Shown here in pieces: positions 24,008-35,361 of a stretch of 64,000 nt of DNA (the stretch's first letter is position 1; the number at the start of each line of letters is the position of its first letter). Below the pieces are notes generated by a model. It searched no databases. It was not told where the DNA came from and was given only the letters and a program-made list of their open reading frames with translations. The position numbers and the translations under genes were made by a program. The stretch is from Thecamonas trahens ATCC 50062 (Eukaryota; Protista; Apusomonadida): positions 248,001-312,000 of the forward strand of contig NW_013657675.1 of the NCBI RefSeq assembly GCF_000142905.1. Reading direction: 5' to 3'.

Positions 24008-24191
24008 CTGGTGTTATTTGTAATTCAAGTCGAGTGGTGCCCTCCACGGCTACACTCACGGGTGGTAGTACTTGCGGCCAATGGCGGTGGGAGGTGGCGT
24101 GTGACGCGGCGTCCACGTGTCATTGCCGTCACACCTACCACCAACCCATCAACCACTCCCACAGCAGTTTGGCGGTGAGCCACGCGAGATA

Positions 24192-26830
24192 TCAGCAAGC
24201 GCAGTCGCCGCCATCGCAGTCCCCAGCGCACTCGCCGAGCTCTGAGCACGCATTGCATGAAAACTCGCAGATCGACGTGATGCAGTCGCCGATCGATGAG
24301 CAAAAGTTGCCGAGCGTGTCGCAGATGGACGAGCAGCAGTCGCCTGAGCAGCAGTCGCCGCATGCGTCGCCGCCGGCGTCACCGACCTGGCCAAACGCGT
24401 CGCCCACGGCTGAAAACGCGTCGCCCATGCTCGAGACCATGTCGCCGAGCGCGTCAGCCACCGAGAGATTCGACATAGTCGCCGCTACGTTGCCAAAGTG
24501 CGCCACAGGGCTGCCGAGCAGGACGATGGCGGCAACGCCGCCGACGGCCATGCCCGCCAGCAGCGCCCCGTTGTGGTTCTTCTGGCGCCGCCGTCCGTCG
24601 CCGCTCTCGCCGTCCCGCCGCCGCGTCTCGGCCATTTCGCTCTGTTCAGCCTTGCGCGCTGGATCCGGCTCGTACAGCACCATGCACGTGTGCTCACACG
24701 CCATGTTCTCGGACACGGACGTCCGCACCACGGCATCAACGTCGGCGTCCGAGTCGGCCAGCCACGCCCGGGCCGTCAAATGCACCAGTCGCTGCTTGCA
24801 AAAATGCGCGAGACCGGAACGTACGCCGACCGCGTCGCCGTCACCGCCAGCGTCCGGAACTCCCCGGACGGCGTCCGGCCGGTCAGCTTGAGCACACGGG
24901 GCAGCTCGCCAGTGTACTTGCCCGACACTACGATCGGCGCGCCACAGTACAGGTCCGGCACAGGCTCCGGGTACACTTCCACGTCGGTGCCGGCAACCGC
25001 TAGCGAGACGTCCGCCAGGACCGGGACCGACGCAATCGCCAGCAGTCGCTTCATCTGTGGCTCGATCTCCGACGCCGCAAAGACCCGCGCCGAGTACCCG
25101 CGCCCCAGGATCGCCAGCTGCTTGAGAAAGTACATGTTGCAGTACGGCCCGATGCCCATGGTAAAGTAGCGAATGTGGCTCCGCTTCGTCCGCGTCGAGC
25201 AAATCTGCCGCTCGTTGGAGACTGCCCCGTCGGTGACGAGAAAGACAAAGGCGAGGCCAGCCACGTCGCTCAGCATCTTCTCCGCGAACCGCAGCGGCGA
25301 CTCGATGTCGGTCAGCCCGCGCGCGTCGACCGTGTTGAGCCACGCCTTGGCCGCCTCGCACGATTCCGGCGTTGCTGCCACCATCGCCTGCGAGTGCACC
25401 GCAAGCTCCGAGTCAAATGCAATGATGTTGAACATGTCATACGGTGTGAGCGAGTCGAGCCCGCTCCGCACCGCCTCTAGCGCAGACCGCATCGGTGAGC
25501 CGCCCATCGAGCCCGACCGGTCGACCACAAACACAATGTTGCGCCGAAACGTGCCCGCCAGCTCATCCATCGCCGGCGGTGCCACAAAGAGCGAGAACGA
25601 CGGCCGCGGGTCATACGCCGCGCCGTCACCGTCCTCCACAAGAAGCGACGCTACAATGTCCTTGTTCCACACCGAGTAAGAAATCTCAAAGTCGCGGTTC
25701 GAGACCGGGCCCGAGTTCTTGTCGAGCGAGAGCACAATGTGCGATTCGCTCTCGCTCTCCACATGCATAACATGCGACGCCGAGCCCCATGACGACGACG
25801 GGGTTCCTGCGTTGATCGTCACCCCGATGTTGATTGCTTCACGGACAGAGCCGCGCAGCAAGAGATGCTCGGGCACCGCCAGCGGGACCCGGAGCACAAA
25901 CGCCCCGGCCTCCACGTCCAGGTCCTCCAGGTACGTCACCGTCACCACAACGGTCTCGCCGGCAGGCACATTGGTAAACGGCATGACAAACACAAACGGG
26001 TTTGTCATCAACCGTTGCAGCACAGCGTCCTCAGAGTCGCCTTCGGCTCTCGCACTGCCGCTGCCACCCAGACTGTACGGGTTCCCGGCTCCGCTGGCCC
26101 CGCCGCCGTTGGCCTGCCCCACCAATCGATCCTGCTCCTCCTTGATTGCATTGGCCTCTTCGTTGGGCAACACGAGCGTCTCGAGCACCCGGTCGCGCCC
26201 AATCTGCACCTGCGCCGCAGAAACTGTTGCCTCGGGATCCTTGGGCATCAGGAACGCGGCGTCCACTGCGCTCTTCCCGACGTTGACAAAAGCGGCCCGG
26301 ACAGTGACGACGGCAGTCGCAATGTGGCACTCGACCATGACATCCACAGCGTCAATGCCAAACATGCTTCCACCTGTTGCCATCACCAGCGGGCACGAGA
26401 GGTGCTTGGTCACCGCCGCCGGCACTTTGGCTGGCGCCGAGCCGTTGCCCTTGCCGCCGCCAGCGCCCGCAACGCCAGCATCATACGCTGGCGGCGGCGC
26501 CATGTCGCCACCTCCATTAACACCACCACCAGTACTCGGACCTGCCTGATAAGCTGGCGGCGGGGCAGCATGATCCGAGAACGACGACGCCGACGAGATC
26601 GACGACGACGCTGACGAGTGTGAGGCCTTCGGCGGCGAACTCGGCGAGCTCGGTGATCCGTAGCCACTCGCATGCTGGCCCGGTCGTGGCGAATGGTTGG
26701 TCCCCGCCGAGCGCGAGTACGACTCGTCTGACGAGAACTCATCCGAGCCCATGTCCGATGTCGAGCCCGACTGATGATATGCCGCCGACGGCGGCTGCTG
26801 TTGCGGCGGGTTGCTTGTAGGCCAGCTCAT
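24192..26830 (-). CDS. VIT + von Willebrand A domain protein (ITIH-related) with Cys-rich tail; frameshift ~24797
   Basis: VIT-like N-region, IVFVVDRSGSM MIDAS, FLVTDG, GIGPYCNMYFL, VYPEPVPDL. After the shift: KQRLVHLTARAW..FGNVAAT and a Cys-rich end. Confidence 0.85.
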
Positions 26831-26894
26831 GACCAAATGAAAGTTATCCTGTGCCTACGCTCGTGATGGTGTCTGTGCAAAAGATGCGACACTC

Positions 26895-27311
26895 TCACAC
26901 ACGTCTTCTCTTGCGCTTCTCCCGCCTTCCCTGCCCCCTTGCTACCGTGTTGGAAGTGAGGTGTCGCAACGCCTCACCGTCGGCGTGGGTAAGCGAGGAA
27001 GGCCATTTTGCGGTGAATTGGCCCGAAAAGCCGACTAACGGCATGGCATGTGCACCAACCAAGCCATGTTTGATGCGGTACGATGTCGTCACCAAACGCG
27101 TCATCAACCCGTTCATCCTTCTTGTATCCACGGCTTTATCATCACCCACATGCACTGCTTGTCTGTACAGTCTAGAGATTGCCTCCACAAGCTCTGCCTC
27201 GACATAGTCGGCATGCCGGCGGAACGACGGCTTGCCACGCCGACGCGCTGCATCTTCAGAGTCGCAGCTGAACCCAACCTGATCACACACACGCACACTT
27301 CCAACGACCAC
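26895..27311 (-). CDS. Doubtful short ORF
   Basis: 138 codons, weak GC3 bias, no ATG at the start, no motif. Confidence 0.15.
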   Translation of the reverse strand: MVVGSVRVCDQVGFSCDSEDAARRRGKPSFRRHADYVEAELVEAISRLYRQAVHVGDDKAVDTRRMNGLMTRLVTTSYRIKHGLVGAHAMPLVGFSGQFTAKWPSSLTHADGEALRHLTSNTVARGQGRREKRKRRRV

Positions 27312-27423
27312 AGCTGGAAACAGTTTCTTCCTTCACACTCCCCCCTTACCCAATCCAACCCCCCTCCCCCCCCTCCCCCCTCCATCGTTCATCCCCCCCC
27401 TCTCCCCCCTTGCCCTCCATCGA

Positions 27424-27470
27424 TCATTCGTTCATTCGTTCATTCGTTCATTCGTGCATTCGTGCATTCG
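27424..27470 (+). repeat. 8-bp tandem repeat (CATTCGTK) x ~6 upstream of RFC3
   Basis: cattcgttcattcgttcattcgttcattcgtgcattcgtgcattcg. Confidence 0.85.
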
Positions 27471-27531
27471 ATGACAAACAGGACACAGCCTCGCTCTCGT
27501 TCCGCACCCCTCTTACCCATCCACACACACC

Positions 27532-28797
27532 ATGTCGGGCGCACTGTGGGTGGACAAGTACCGCCCGAAGACCCTAGACAAGATGGACTACCACAAGAAG
27601 CTGTGTAACCGCCTGGCAGCCATGGTACGCCCATCTTCCAACCCCCCCCCCCCCCTCGCCTCGGCTGGTCATGTAGAATCAACCACTCACACACACACTC
27701 TCCCCCTTCCCCCTCCCCCCCCCCCACTCCCATGAGGACAGGCCGGACATGGTGACTTTCCACACATGCTGTTCTACGGTCCGTCGGGCTCGGGGAAGAA
27801 GACGAGGATTATGGCTCTGCTACGCGAGGTCTATGGTCCGGGAGTGAGCAAGCTCAAGGTGGAAAGCCGCGAGTTCACCAACCCGGCATCGACATCGTCG
27901 GCCAAGGCCGAGATCACCCTCATTTCTTCGCCGTATCACATCGAGGTCAATCCGTCCGATGCCGGGAACAAGGACACCATTGTGCTACAGGCGCTGCTTT
28001 CGGAAATGGCTCAGACTCGCTCGCTCGTCGGTGCAGGCGGTATGCTCGCATCGAGCGAGGCCGCGCCGGCTGGACCGTCGTCGACTGCGTCGACGGCCGT
28101 GCCGATGGAGACTGGCGAGCCGGCTGCGAGCTCGGCACCGTCGTTCCGCGTGGTTGTCATTGCCGAAGCACACCGGCTCTCGCGGCAGGCCCAGAACGCG
28201 CTACGGCGGACCATGGAGACGTCGGCCAAGACCTGCCGGCTCATTCTCACCGCCACCTCGACAACCGGGCTCATCGACGCCCTCAAGTCGCGGACCATCC
28301 CCATCAAGATTGCCGCGCCTTCGGTCGACGACGCCACCGCCATTCTCAGGCATGTTGCCGCCAAGGAGGGTCTTCCGCTCGACGACGCTCTCGCCGAGCG
28401 CATCGTGATCGAGTGCAAGCGCAACCTCCGCCGCTCGCTCCTCCTCCTCGAGGCCAACTCTGTAGCCCAGAACGCCTTGCCCAAGCCCGACTACGAGATC
28501 CTCATCCACAACATGGCCACCTCTATCCTGGCCTCGCAGACTCCGGCCCAGCTCAAGGCTGTTCGTGCTAACCTCTACGACCTTCTTGTCCACCAGATCC
28601 CACCCGATGTCATCATGCGCACCCTCGTCGCCGAGCTGGAGGACAAGCTCGACACCGAGATCCGCCACGCCGTCGTCTTTGACTCGGCCATCTACAACCA
28701 CCGACTCGTCCTCGGCTCGAAGCCCATCTTCCACCTCGAAGCCTTTGTCGCCTCCTTCATGTTCCGCTACAAGCAGTACCTCATGTCCATCAGCTGA
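27532..28797 (+). CDS. RFC3: Replication factor C small subunit (human RFC3 / yeast Rfc5); exons 27532-27624 and 27742-28797
   Basis: LWVDKYRP, DFPHMLFYGPSGSGKKTRI, SPYHIEVNPSDAG, AQNALRRTME, GSKPIFHLEAF. Phase-0 intron GTACGC...GACAG. Confidence 0.93.
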
Positions 28798-28857
28798 TTA
28801 AAGCCATCACTGCCGCAGCCCCCCTCGCTGAGCCATTCACTCCCACCTGACGCAGCC

Positions 28858-30105
28858 ATGCCCATGCGCTCGCCAGGCGCCCGGAACAGACAAGGGCGCC
28901 GACAACGAGACACGCCACCACAGGCAGCACCCTCGTCGCCCTCACAAGACTATGCTCGCGTCCTCCGTGCCGACCATCCGCTTCCAGCCTGGGCCTCACC
29001 ACCAACGTCGGCCGCTCCTCCGTCAGCTGCGTCTCAGCCGCTCCGCACCCACCGCCGCCCGGCATCGTCGGCCCGCGCCCGCCGTGCGCTGGCGGCTGCT
29101 CCGGCTGCTCGAACTCGCCGCCCGCCACCATCGCCGTCACCCTCATCGTCGCCATCGCCCTCGCCCTCGCAACCACGCCCTCGCCCACGCCGGCTGCCTC
29201 GGCGCCGACCCCTGCCAGAGTGGGACAGCGGCTCCGGTTCTCCGGAACGATCGCGTGGCAGTCGTCACCGCCCGCAGCGGGTGCTCGATCCGCCGACGCC
29301 ACTTGCTCCACAGCCGATCACCGACACCACTCCTGTCCGGCTCACCGGTGCGTCGGAATACTCCATTCCCGACGACGACTCGGACTGGAACGCCATCTAC
29401 GCCGGCGCTGCCGCCCGATCCCGCTCAGAGGCTGCGGCCCCGGCCGACGAAGAGTATGTCTTTGCCTGGATGGGCTTGCCCGAGGCCTCGACCCGCGACG
29501 CTATTGCTGCTGATCTCGCTGATGAGACTGCGGCCCAAACTGCACTTCGGCTGCGGAATGCCCGTGCTCGCAACCGCGGCCGGGTCCGCCGCGCCCGCGC
29601 CTCCGACGTCCTCGCCCCACGTCGGGCCACTCGTCGCACCACCCACCTCCGGGCAACAGCTATTGAGCCGGCGCCGGCACTGACGCCTGCCCGGGCTCCG
29701 CAACTCTCGGCGGTGCAGGCGCTCGAGAGGCCAGCTACGCCGCCGGAGATCGAACTCGGTCACGACGACGCCGTCGAACTCATTGCCCGCATCGAGTCGC
29801 TGGCGCTTGCTCCGCTGCCGCCACCGGACGAAGGCCTCGACAATCTCGACTACGACGCACTGCTCGCGCTTGACGAAGGCCTGCCGACCAAGCACTGTTC
29901 GCCCGATCAGATTGCGGCGCTGCCGCGTATTACCTACATTCCTGGTGCTTCATTTGACGACATGTGCAGCGTTTGCCTCGACGGCTTCGCTCTTGGCGAG
30001 AGGCTGACTCTTCTCGCATGCGGCCACGCTTTCCATCACCCATGCATTGGACAGCACCTCGCCCGTGCCGTGTTCTGTCCCAACTGCCGGGCGCCTGTTG
30101 AGTAG
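28858..30105 (+). CDS. RING-H2 E3 ubiquitin ligase
   Basis: LDYDALLALDE followed by CSVCLDGF..LACGHAFHHPCI..CPNCR. Confidence 0.85.
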   Translation: MPMRSPGARNRQGRRQRDTPPQAAPSSPSQDYARVLRADHPLPAWASPPTSAAPPSAASQPLRTHRRPASSARARRALAAAPAARTRRPPPSPSPSSSPSPSPSQPRPRPRRLPRRRPLPEWDSGSGSPERSRGSRHRPQRVLDPPTPLAPQPITDTTPVRLTGASEYSIPDDDSDWNAIYAGAAARSRSEAAAPADEEYVFAWMGLPEASTRDAIAADLADETAAQTALRLRNARARNRGRVRRARASDVLAPRRATRRTTHLRATAIEPAPALTPARAPQLSAVQALERPATPPEIELGHDDAVELIARIESLALAPLPPPDEGLDNLDYDALLALDEGLPTKHCSPDQIAALPRITYIPGASFDDMCSVCLDGFALGERLTLLACGHAFHHPCIGQHLARAVFCPNCRAPVE

Positions 30106-30131
30106 CTCGAGAGCGATATGAGTTGAACGAG

Positions 30132-31909
30132 CTACAGCTCGCCTGAGCTGAGCTCCGAGTCGGTGGTCACCGACGTGGTCGACTCTGATGCGAATGTCGA
30201 GTCGAGGCCGGCCAGGGTGGCACCGACATCGGCCGGTGCAACATCGGCCGGCACGCCAGGGGCGGGCTCGAAAGCGGGCTCGTCGGCCGGTGCATCAGAA
30301 GCGGCGTCAGCAGCTGCGCTCTCGCCAGACTTGCGGAGGCGGAGCTGGTCGATGCAGACACGGACAAATGCGACTTCGGCGTCGATGTTGGCCATGGCCT
30401 CCAGCGGGTTGGCTGCCGGCGAGCGGAGGAGGGTCGGACCAAAGCAAACGCCGAGATTGTTGGGCGACATGAGCGTGACCTCGACCACACTTGGCTCGGC
30501 CATGTCGGAGAGGAGGTTAAAGAGGGCGAGAAGCGAGGCCCGGTGCAGCGGCTCGATGTCGTCAAGGACCGCGAGGCAGGCTGACGGGTCGGCCTCGGCT
30601 TGCTCGCCAGCAGCAACCGCAGCGTGGTAGTTGGCCGTCGGCACCGCAGGCTCTGGCAGCGAGCGGAACCACTCTTTGAGGAGCGAGGCAAGCTCGTGGA
30701 TGTCGATGTTGTCCGGGATCGGATGGTCGCGCTCGAGCGCGTCGCGAATCTGGTCGATTGAAGTCTTGGAGCCAGGCTTGCGGAATACGCCTTCGGTCGT
30801 CAGCGCGCCGCGGTCACGCATGAGCTGGAGCATAGTTGTGAGGACCGGCGGGACCGGCGCCTCGGGTGTTGCTAGCTGCGCGAGAGGCACGCCAAACTGC
30901 GGGTTCTCCGGCGGCTCCGGCTCGACAGGCTTGGACTCGGATGACGATCCGCCGCCGATGTGCGGGAGGCGCGGCAGCCGCCGCTTGCGTGCGCTCTGCT
31001 TGCCAGCCTTGTACTCGATGACCTCAAACGGCTTGAAGGTCGGTGTGTCAGGTGTGTGGCTCCTGACAAAGTCGATCAGCTCCTCGTCAACGTCGATGTC
31101 GTGCGCACTGGCTTCAAACACCTGCGCCCGAGTCACCGACGCCCGCGCACACTCGGCCTCGATGCCTGCCAGCGCCACTAGAACTTCCTTGGTCGCCGCC
31201 GTCCGCGTCTCAAAGTCGGCCTGGAACTGGCGGAGGACAACCGGCATGCGCTTGGAGTAAAACGCGTCGAGGTAGTCGTTGGTCGACTCGACGTCGCCGA
31301 CATATGTCTCATGCTTGCCGTTGGCGTCCTCGCTAGACTTTTTGCCTTGCGCGTCAGCTTATCGAGCTCCTTCTGTCTCGCGCCAGAGTCCTCCTTGCGA
31401 GCCTCGAGCGTCTTCTGGGCAATCTCGGCTTCCTTGGACGCTTTGAGAAAGGCCATACGCGATTTGCCCAGCGCCGAAAGCACCTCCTTCTTCTCCTTGA
31501 GCAGCACTCGGCCCGACGAAGTCAGGCTCTTGGTCGAGCTCTCCAGCTCGGCCTCGAGCTCTGCGAGCTTGAAGATCGGCCCGACGTTGAGCGCGGCAGC
31601 CATGTCGCGAGACGCGTCGGCCTGCGAGGTCCACAGCGCGAGGCACCCGGTGAGCCCTGCTGCGAGCGAGTCTTGCGACGCCGTCGACCGGCCAATGTAG
31701 TTGCGGAGCGACGACTTTTTGTTCGCTGTCTTGACCAGCTTCTCCAGCTCGGCCGCCACCGTCGACGCCAGCGAGGCTCTCGCCCTCAACAGCGAGTGCA
31801 AGTCCTTGACAAACGACGCCGACTCGGCAGCAGCGCCCGACACCGTGTCGAACCCGTCCCACAGGCCGCCGAACGAAGCCTTGTTGGCCTTGGCCACATA
31901 CTCTGTCAT
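30132..31909 (-). CDS. F-BAR(FCH)-RhoGAP protein; frameshift ~31339-31343
   Basis: FGGLWDGFDTV..FVKDLHSLLRARA FCH motif plus coiled coil; FYSKRMPVVLRQFQ; FGVPL..TEGVFRKPG..ASLLKEWFRSLPEP..MSPNNLGVCFGPTLL. Confidence 0.87.
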
Positions 31910-32146
31910 CTTGTTCCAAGCCTCTCCTGAGAGATGTGTCTCCCTCCCTCGTCAGCAGCCTGGTCGCTGCGCCCCTCCCCCCCTTGGCTCGCCCCGGCAA
32001 AAGACGGCTAGCCGGAGCTCGTTCCTTGCAACTCCCCGCCGATTCCCGGCCCGATCTCAATCCACTTCTTCACGCTATTGTACTACAGTGTGCCCCATGG
32101 TAGGCTGGTGCATTGTTGCTGGTGCATGGACGCATCGCGTGGCTGG

Positions 32147-34897
32147 CTAAGCGCTTCGGCCAGAGCCGGCGGTGTCCGGCGCGGCGGCGTCCGAAGCTGA
32201 AAAGGTGAACCGCGGGCCGAGGGCGAGCGAGTCGGGAATGGAGACCCGGGCCACAGCCTGGGCACGGAGGTGTGCCCGCAGCGCCTTCTTCTGCCACGGC
32301 GCAGAGATGCTGCCACTGCCGGGATCAGAGAGGTCAAACAGGTCGTCGTGGAGCGAGCGCGAGCTTGCGGATGGCTGCTGCATGCCGACCGAGACCGAGC
32401 CCCGCCGAGACTGCTGTAGGTAGGCCCGCAGCCTCGTTCGCGGCGAGACCGCGGCCGGATCGGTGTTGGTCCGGGCGAGGGCGGCAGTGGCCGCCGCCGT
32501 CTGAGACGCCGCCGTTGCTTCGGCGAGGGCGGCTTCGGCGGCTTTGGCGGCGGCAACCTTGGCCCGCGGAACGTGCTTGCGGTGCCTGCGGCGGCGGCGG
32601 CGTGCCTTGCGCTTGCCGCTCTCCGAGACGGCTGAGCCGGAGATGCGCGGGCGCAGTGTGCGCGGCTTGCCGAGCTCCGCGGCAGCTCGCCGCGAGCCTT
32701 CGCGGAGCAGGCGCCGGCGCTTGGCCTCGCGCTTATTGTGGAGTTCGATAGCGCGGGCGCGGGCGCGGCGCTCGGCAGCCTCGATCGAGCGCTCCTCGCG
32801 GGACTTGTGCTTGCGACGGTGGTAGTGGTGGTAGTGCCGGATCTTGGACGCAGCCCGCTCCATCTTGCGCTGACGCCGCGCGGCAAGGATGGCCTCGCGC
32901 TCGGCCTCTGTCCGCCGCCGCCGTTTCTTACGCTTCTTGCGAATGCGGATGGTGGCCGGCGGCGGGGTTGGTGGCTGGCTTGACTCGCCGCTCTGCTCGT
33001 CGTCGCTGTCGAGAGCGGACGAGTCGAAGGAGGCGTCAGCGGCACCCCTGCTGGCATCGACGAGGCCAGGCAACTCGCAAGCAGAGCCCGATTCATCAAA
33101 CAGAGCCAGTGAGCCCGAGTCGGAGCTCGAGTTGGTGACCAGGTCGTCGAGACCGTCGAGCGCGGCCAGCCGCGCGGGGAGGCCTGGGACGAAGACCGCG
33201 ACCAGTGCGCCGATGCCGCACACGCCGAGTGCAACCGCATACGGCACCGCCGGCTCTAGCAGGAGTCCACCGTTCGGCCCGTCGAGCGCAGCCTCCACCG
33301 ACGGTGCCGTGGCGAGGAGAACAGCAGTGAGTGCGTTGACAATCGACGTCCCGCTCGACGCCAAGGCATACACAGCGTCTGCGTCGAGACCGACGAGCTG
33401 GAGGGAGAGCGACGGAACCCGGAGGCCGCCTACAACAAGGCCAAACGCGGCGAGCGCGAGCGCGAGCCAAACTGGAGCCGCGCTCCGTCCTAGACCAAAC
33501 AGCACCGCAAAGAGCGGAAGGAGAACAATCAAGCTGACAACCAGTGGCAGAGCGAGCCGAAGCGCCGGCCGGAGGCGCCCACCGGCTGACGGTGCGGCAA
33601 TGAGCGCTGCAGTCGCGAGATGCGAGAGGGCAAGTCCGAGAACAACCGCCGCGCCGCCCGCGGCAAGCACGCCTGACGCGGCCAACGGCGTGTACCCGTG
33701 GTCGACCGTGAGACTGTAGCCGGCGCGAAAGGCGAGTGTGTCAAAGACGGCAAGTGGGAGCGCAAAGGCCAGGGACCAGACCAGCATCCGCGGCCCATCG
33801 GCGGTGAGCTCGGCCCACGGCCGCCACCACGGTGACGGCTCCGACGCGTGGACAGCCTTGGACCGGGTTGCCGGCACAAGCGCGGCCGTGGCCAGGAGCG
33901 CCAACACCGCCACTCCGCCCTCCACCGCAAACAGGTACCGATGGTCCGGGGGGAGCGAGACCAGCGCCGCACCGGCGACAAGGCCCACACACCGGCCAAC
34001 TAGGCTCCCGCTGTCGGCAAGGCCGTGCTTGCGTGGGCAGGCGTCCGGTGGAAACATGTCGTCGACGACGGCAAGGTCGATGATGGCGAGCCCGCCAGAC
34101 GCGAGGCCCTGTGCAGCTCGAACCAGCGAGTAGCCAGTTAGCGAGGTGGCAGCGAGGCCGGCCCACGACGCGATCGCCAGGAGGCCGAGCCCGCCGAGCA
34201 TGGCGGCCTTACGGGAGACGTTGTGAGCGAGCCACCACCATGCCGGGGCCGAGAACGCTGCGCCGGCAAAGTAGCAGCCGAGGACGATGCCCAGGCCAAC
34301 GTCAGTAGTTCCGAGCTGGTGAGCAAGGCTTCGCGAGGCAGCCAGCGGCGCAATGGCAATAGCCTGAACAGTCATGACCAGCGCGACGACGACGACCATG
34401 GCCCATCGCCGGCGTGCCGGCGAGTACTCGATCCACTCGGCGATGCCATGGACAGGAGCCATGAGGGCCGGTAGCGGGTGTACCGCCGGGTTCTTGCTCT
34501 CCAGCGTCAAGTTGAGCGAGGTGACCGGCGGAACCGTGGCCAAGCCGGTGAGATACGGCAGTGGAGCCTGTGGCGTCGCGGCCTCCCACGGCCCGTCGCC
34601 CGGGTTGTACGCCCCAGCCGCCGAGACTCGAGCTCCTGGTGCTGGTGCCTCACCAAAAGCCAGCGCCCGGCGCACGCTCTCCAGCCTCTCGCCCGCCCTA
34701 CTGCCCGCACTACTGCCTGCAGTAGCCAAGTTTGAAGCTGGAGTTGTGCCTGTCACAGCGGTGGCCGTAGTGGCCGTGGTGGTCGCGGTGGTCATGGCCA
34801 CGGGCGAGGCGGTGGGGCTTGCGCCGAGGCCGGAGGCTCTTGGCTTGACGTTGGACGAGGTGACAAGCGGAGGCGTACACGGCGGCGTTGTGGCCAT
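32147..34897 (-). CDS. MFS transporter with long low-complexity N-terminus and Arg/Lys-rich C-terminal tail
   Basis: About 12 hydrophobic segments; WLAHNVSRKAAMLGG (motif A-like), VRAAQGLASG, VVDDMFP. Confidence 0.75.
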   Translation of the reverse strand: MATTPPCTPPLVTSSNVKPRASGLGASPTASPVAMTTATTTATTATAVTGTTPASNLATAGSSAGSRAGERLESVRRALAFGEAPAPGARVSAAGAYNPGDGPWEAATPQAPLPYLTGLATVPPVTSLNLTLESKNPAVHPLPALMAPVHGIAEWIEYSPARRRWAMVVVVALVMTVQAIAIAPLAASRSLAHQLGTTDVGLGIVLGCYFAGAAFSAPAWWWLAHNVSRKAAMLGGLGLLAIASWAGLAATSLTGYSLVRAAQGLASGGLAIIDLAVVDDMFPPDACPRKHGLADSGSLVGRCVGLVAGAALVSLPPDHRYLFAVEGGVAVLALLATAALVPATRSKAVHASEPSPWWRPWAELTADGPRMLVWSLAFALPLAVFDTLAFRAGYSLTVDHGYTPLAASGVLAAGGAAVVLGLALSHLATAALIAAPSAGGRLRPALRLALPLVVSLIVLLPLFAVLFGLGRSAAPVWLALALAAFGLVVGGLRVPSLSLQLVGLDADAVYALASSGTSIVNALTAVLLATAPSVEAALDGPNGGLLLEPAVPYAVALGVCGIGALVAVFVPGLPARLAALDGLDDLVTNSSSDSGSLALFDESGSACELPGLVDASRGAADASFDSSALDSDDEQSGESSQPPTPPPATIRIRKKRKKRRRRTEAEREAILAARRQRKMERAASKIRHYHHYHRRKHKSREERSIEAAERRARARAIELHNKREAKRRRLLREGSRRAAAELGKPRTLRPRISGSAVSESGKRKARRRRRRHRKHVPRAKVAAAKAAEAALAEATAASQTAAATAALARTNTDPAAVSPRTRLRAYLQQSRRGSVSVGMQQPSASSRSLHDDLFDLSDPGSGSISAPWQKKALRAHLRAQAVARVSIPDSLALGPRFTFSASDAAAPDTAGSGRSA

Positions 34898-35361
34898 CAA
34901 CCCAGTGTACGAGAGAGCCAGTGCCGACTCACAATACCTCTCGGTGCTCTCCTCCTCGTCGGTGGCTGCGGTCCAGTGACCAAGTGTCGGTTGGGTGGTC
35001 GGGGACGGGGGCGGGAGTGGCCTGTTGTGTGGCTGCTGTCATTCGGTTCACTGGTCGGTTGGCAACGGGAGGTGGCAGGGCAGGCAGGCAGGCAGGGGGA
35101 GGGAGGGGGGGGGGGGGGGGGCGGATGACAGGCAGGTAGTGGGCAGAGAGGCTATGGGACAGATAATCAGCAGTCAGTAGCAGAGTATATTACCTACCAC
35201 CCGCTTCTACCGCCACTCGTAAAACATCGCTCCGTTGATCAAGCATACTCTCTCCGCTACCCATCATCAGCCCTTGCCGCTCTGACCACCCTCTGCCACA
35301 CTGGGCCGGCTCCGCTCTCGCTACTTTTGTCAATCCTGCTACCACCTCTCGCTACCTAACT

